From Utricularia gibba (Eukaryota > Plantae > Magnoliophyta): a stretch of 64,000 nucleotides of DNA. The notes beneath the pieces were generated by a model, which worked only from the letters and a program-made list of their open reading frames with translations, did not search any database and was not told the origin of the DNA. The translations under genes and the position numbers were made by a program. Shown here piece by piece: positions 63,475 through 64,000 of this stretch (positions are counted from its first letter, which is position 1; each line of letters begins with the position of its first letter). The stretch lies in contig CM007991.1 in assembly GCA_002189035.1 (NCBI GenBank), positions 3,596,001 to 3,660,000 on the forward strand, in the 5' to 3' direction.

Positions 63475-64000
63475 ATGATGGACGTGCACTATTACTGTGC
63501 TCCAGTGGATGAGATGACCAATTTTCAAAGCTCCATTATGGAATCCTATTTTCCCATTGTTGATTTGAGCTGCGAATTTATTGACGATTGCGGGTATGTC
63601 GAAGATTCTGAAGAGCAGATGAAGGAAGTTGTGCTTGATAGTGATGATGATGCTAGAGAAGAGCACCAGGGCACCGCTTCGGAGCCTGGGAAACGCGGCC
63701 ATCTCACTGGGTCTTTTTCTGGAAGAGCAGTGGTGACATTGCCAAGACGCCGCTGGCTTCCATCCGGTACGTACTTTGGGTATGATTTATGTTGAACGCG
63801 TTAGCTTCCATTTACCTCCTTCCTGTCTACATATTAGGATGCTTTGTGACCGTGTTTTTATCTTGAAGCAGCTTACACCGTTAAGCGGGGTAAAGGAATG
63901 GCTAGTGGGTTATCTACTACTAGGTTTCTGGACCATGATATTGTCATGAGCAATACAGAATCCAAGCCACCTCCTCAAAAACAATTTCACACTGATGCCA
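63475..64000 (+). CDS. 5' part of an unidentified gene running off the window
   Basis: 5'UTR intron about 63256-63455. ORF MMDVHYYC...KEVVLDSDDD...WLPS, donor GTACGT near 63766, and the next exon (AYTVKRGKG...) stays open to the window end. Confidence 0.6.

Overview
Gene-dense eudicot nuclear DNA: about 22 protein-coding genes in 64 kb, mostly with short introns. This suggests a miniaturised genome; a Lamiales/Lentibulariaceae-type origin is a guess the sequence cannot confirm. Gene order: FRIGIDA-like, conserved unknown, Notchless, SRP9, DRIP/BMI1-type RING E3, Aux/IAA, complex I 24-kDa subunit, LIFEGUARD, RPS24, copalyl diphosphate synthase (CPS), coiled-coil protein, FANTASTIC FOUR, F-box, a 37-aa DEVIL/RTFL peptide missed by the ORF track, HULK, HIPP, LSm2, secreted LRR protein, H2A.X, RopGAP, classical AGP, and a partial gene at the right edge. 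From recalled Arabidopsis gene order, the 20-61 kb part is collinear with the GA1 neighbourhood. Main oddities: (1) the CPS keeps the ent-CPP His/Asn dyad but has Arg at the Mg2+-inhibition switch where gibberellin CPSs have His; (2) four genes each carry a single -1 frameshift in a short homopolymer, most likely assembly error; (3) a heavily deaminated 18S rDNA fragment; (4) an orphan Site II/telo-box promoter; (5) a HIPP with a broken CxxC; (6) MITE and LTR-like remnants and a 53-bp minisatellite. No prokaryotic systems, CRISPR, tRNA or recognisable miRNA were found. All alignments were done by eye from remembered family motifs; no database was searched.
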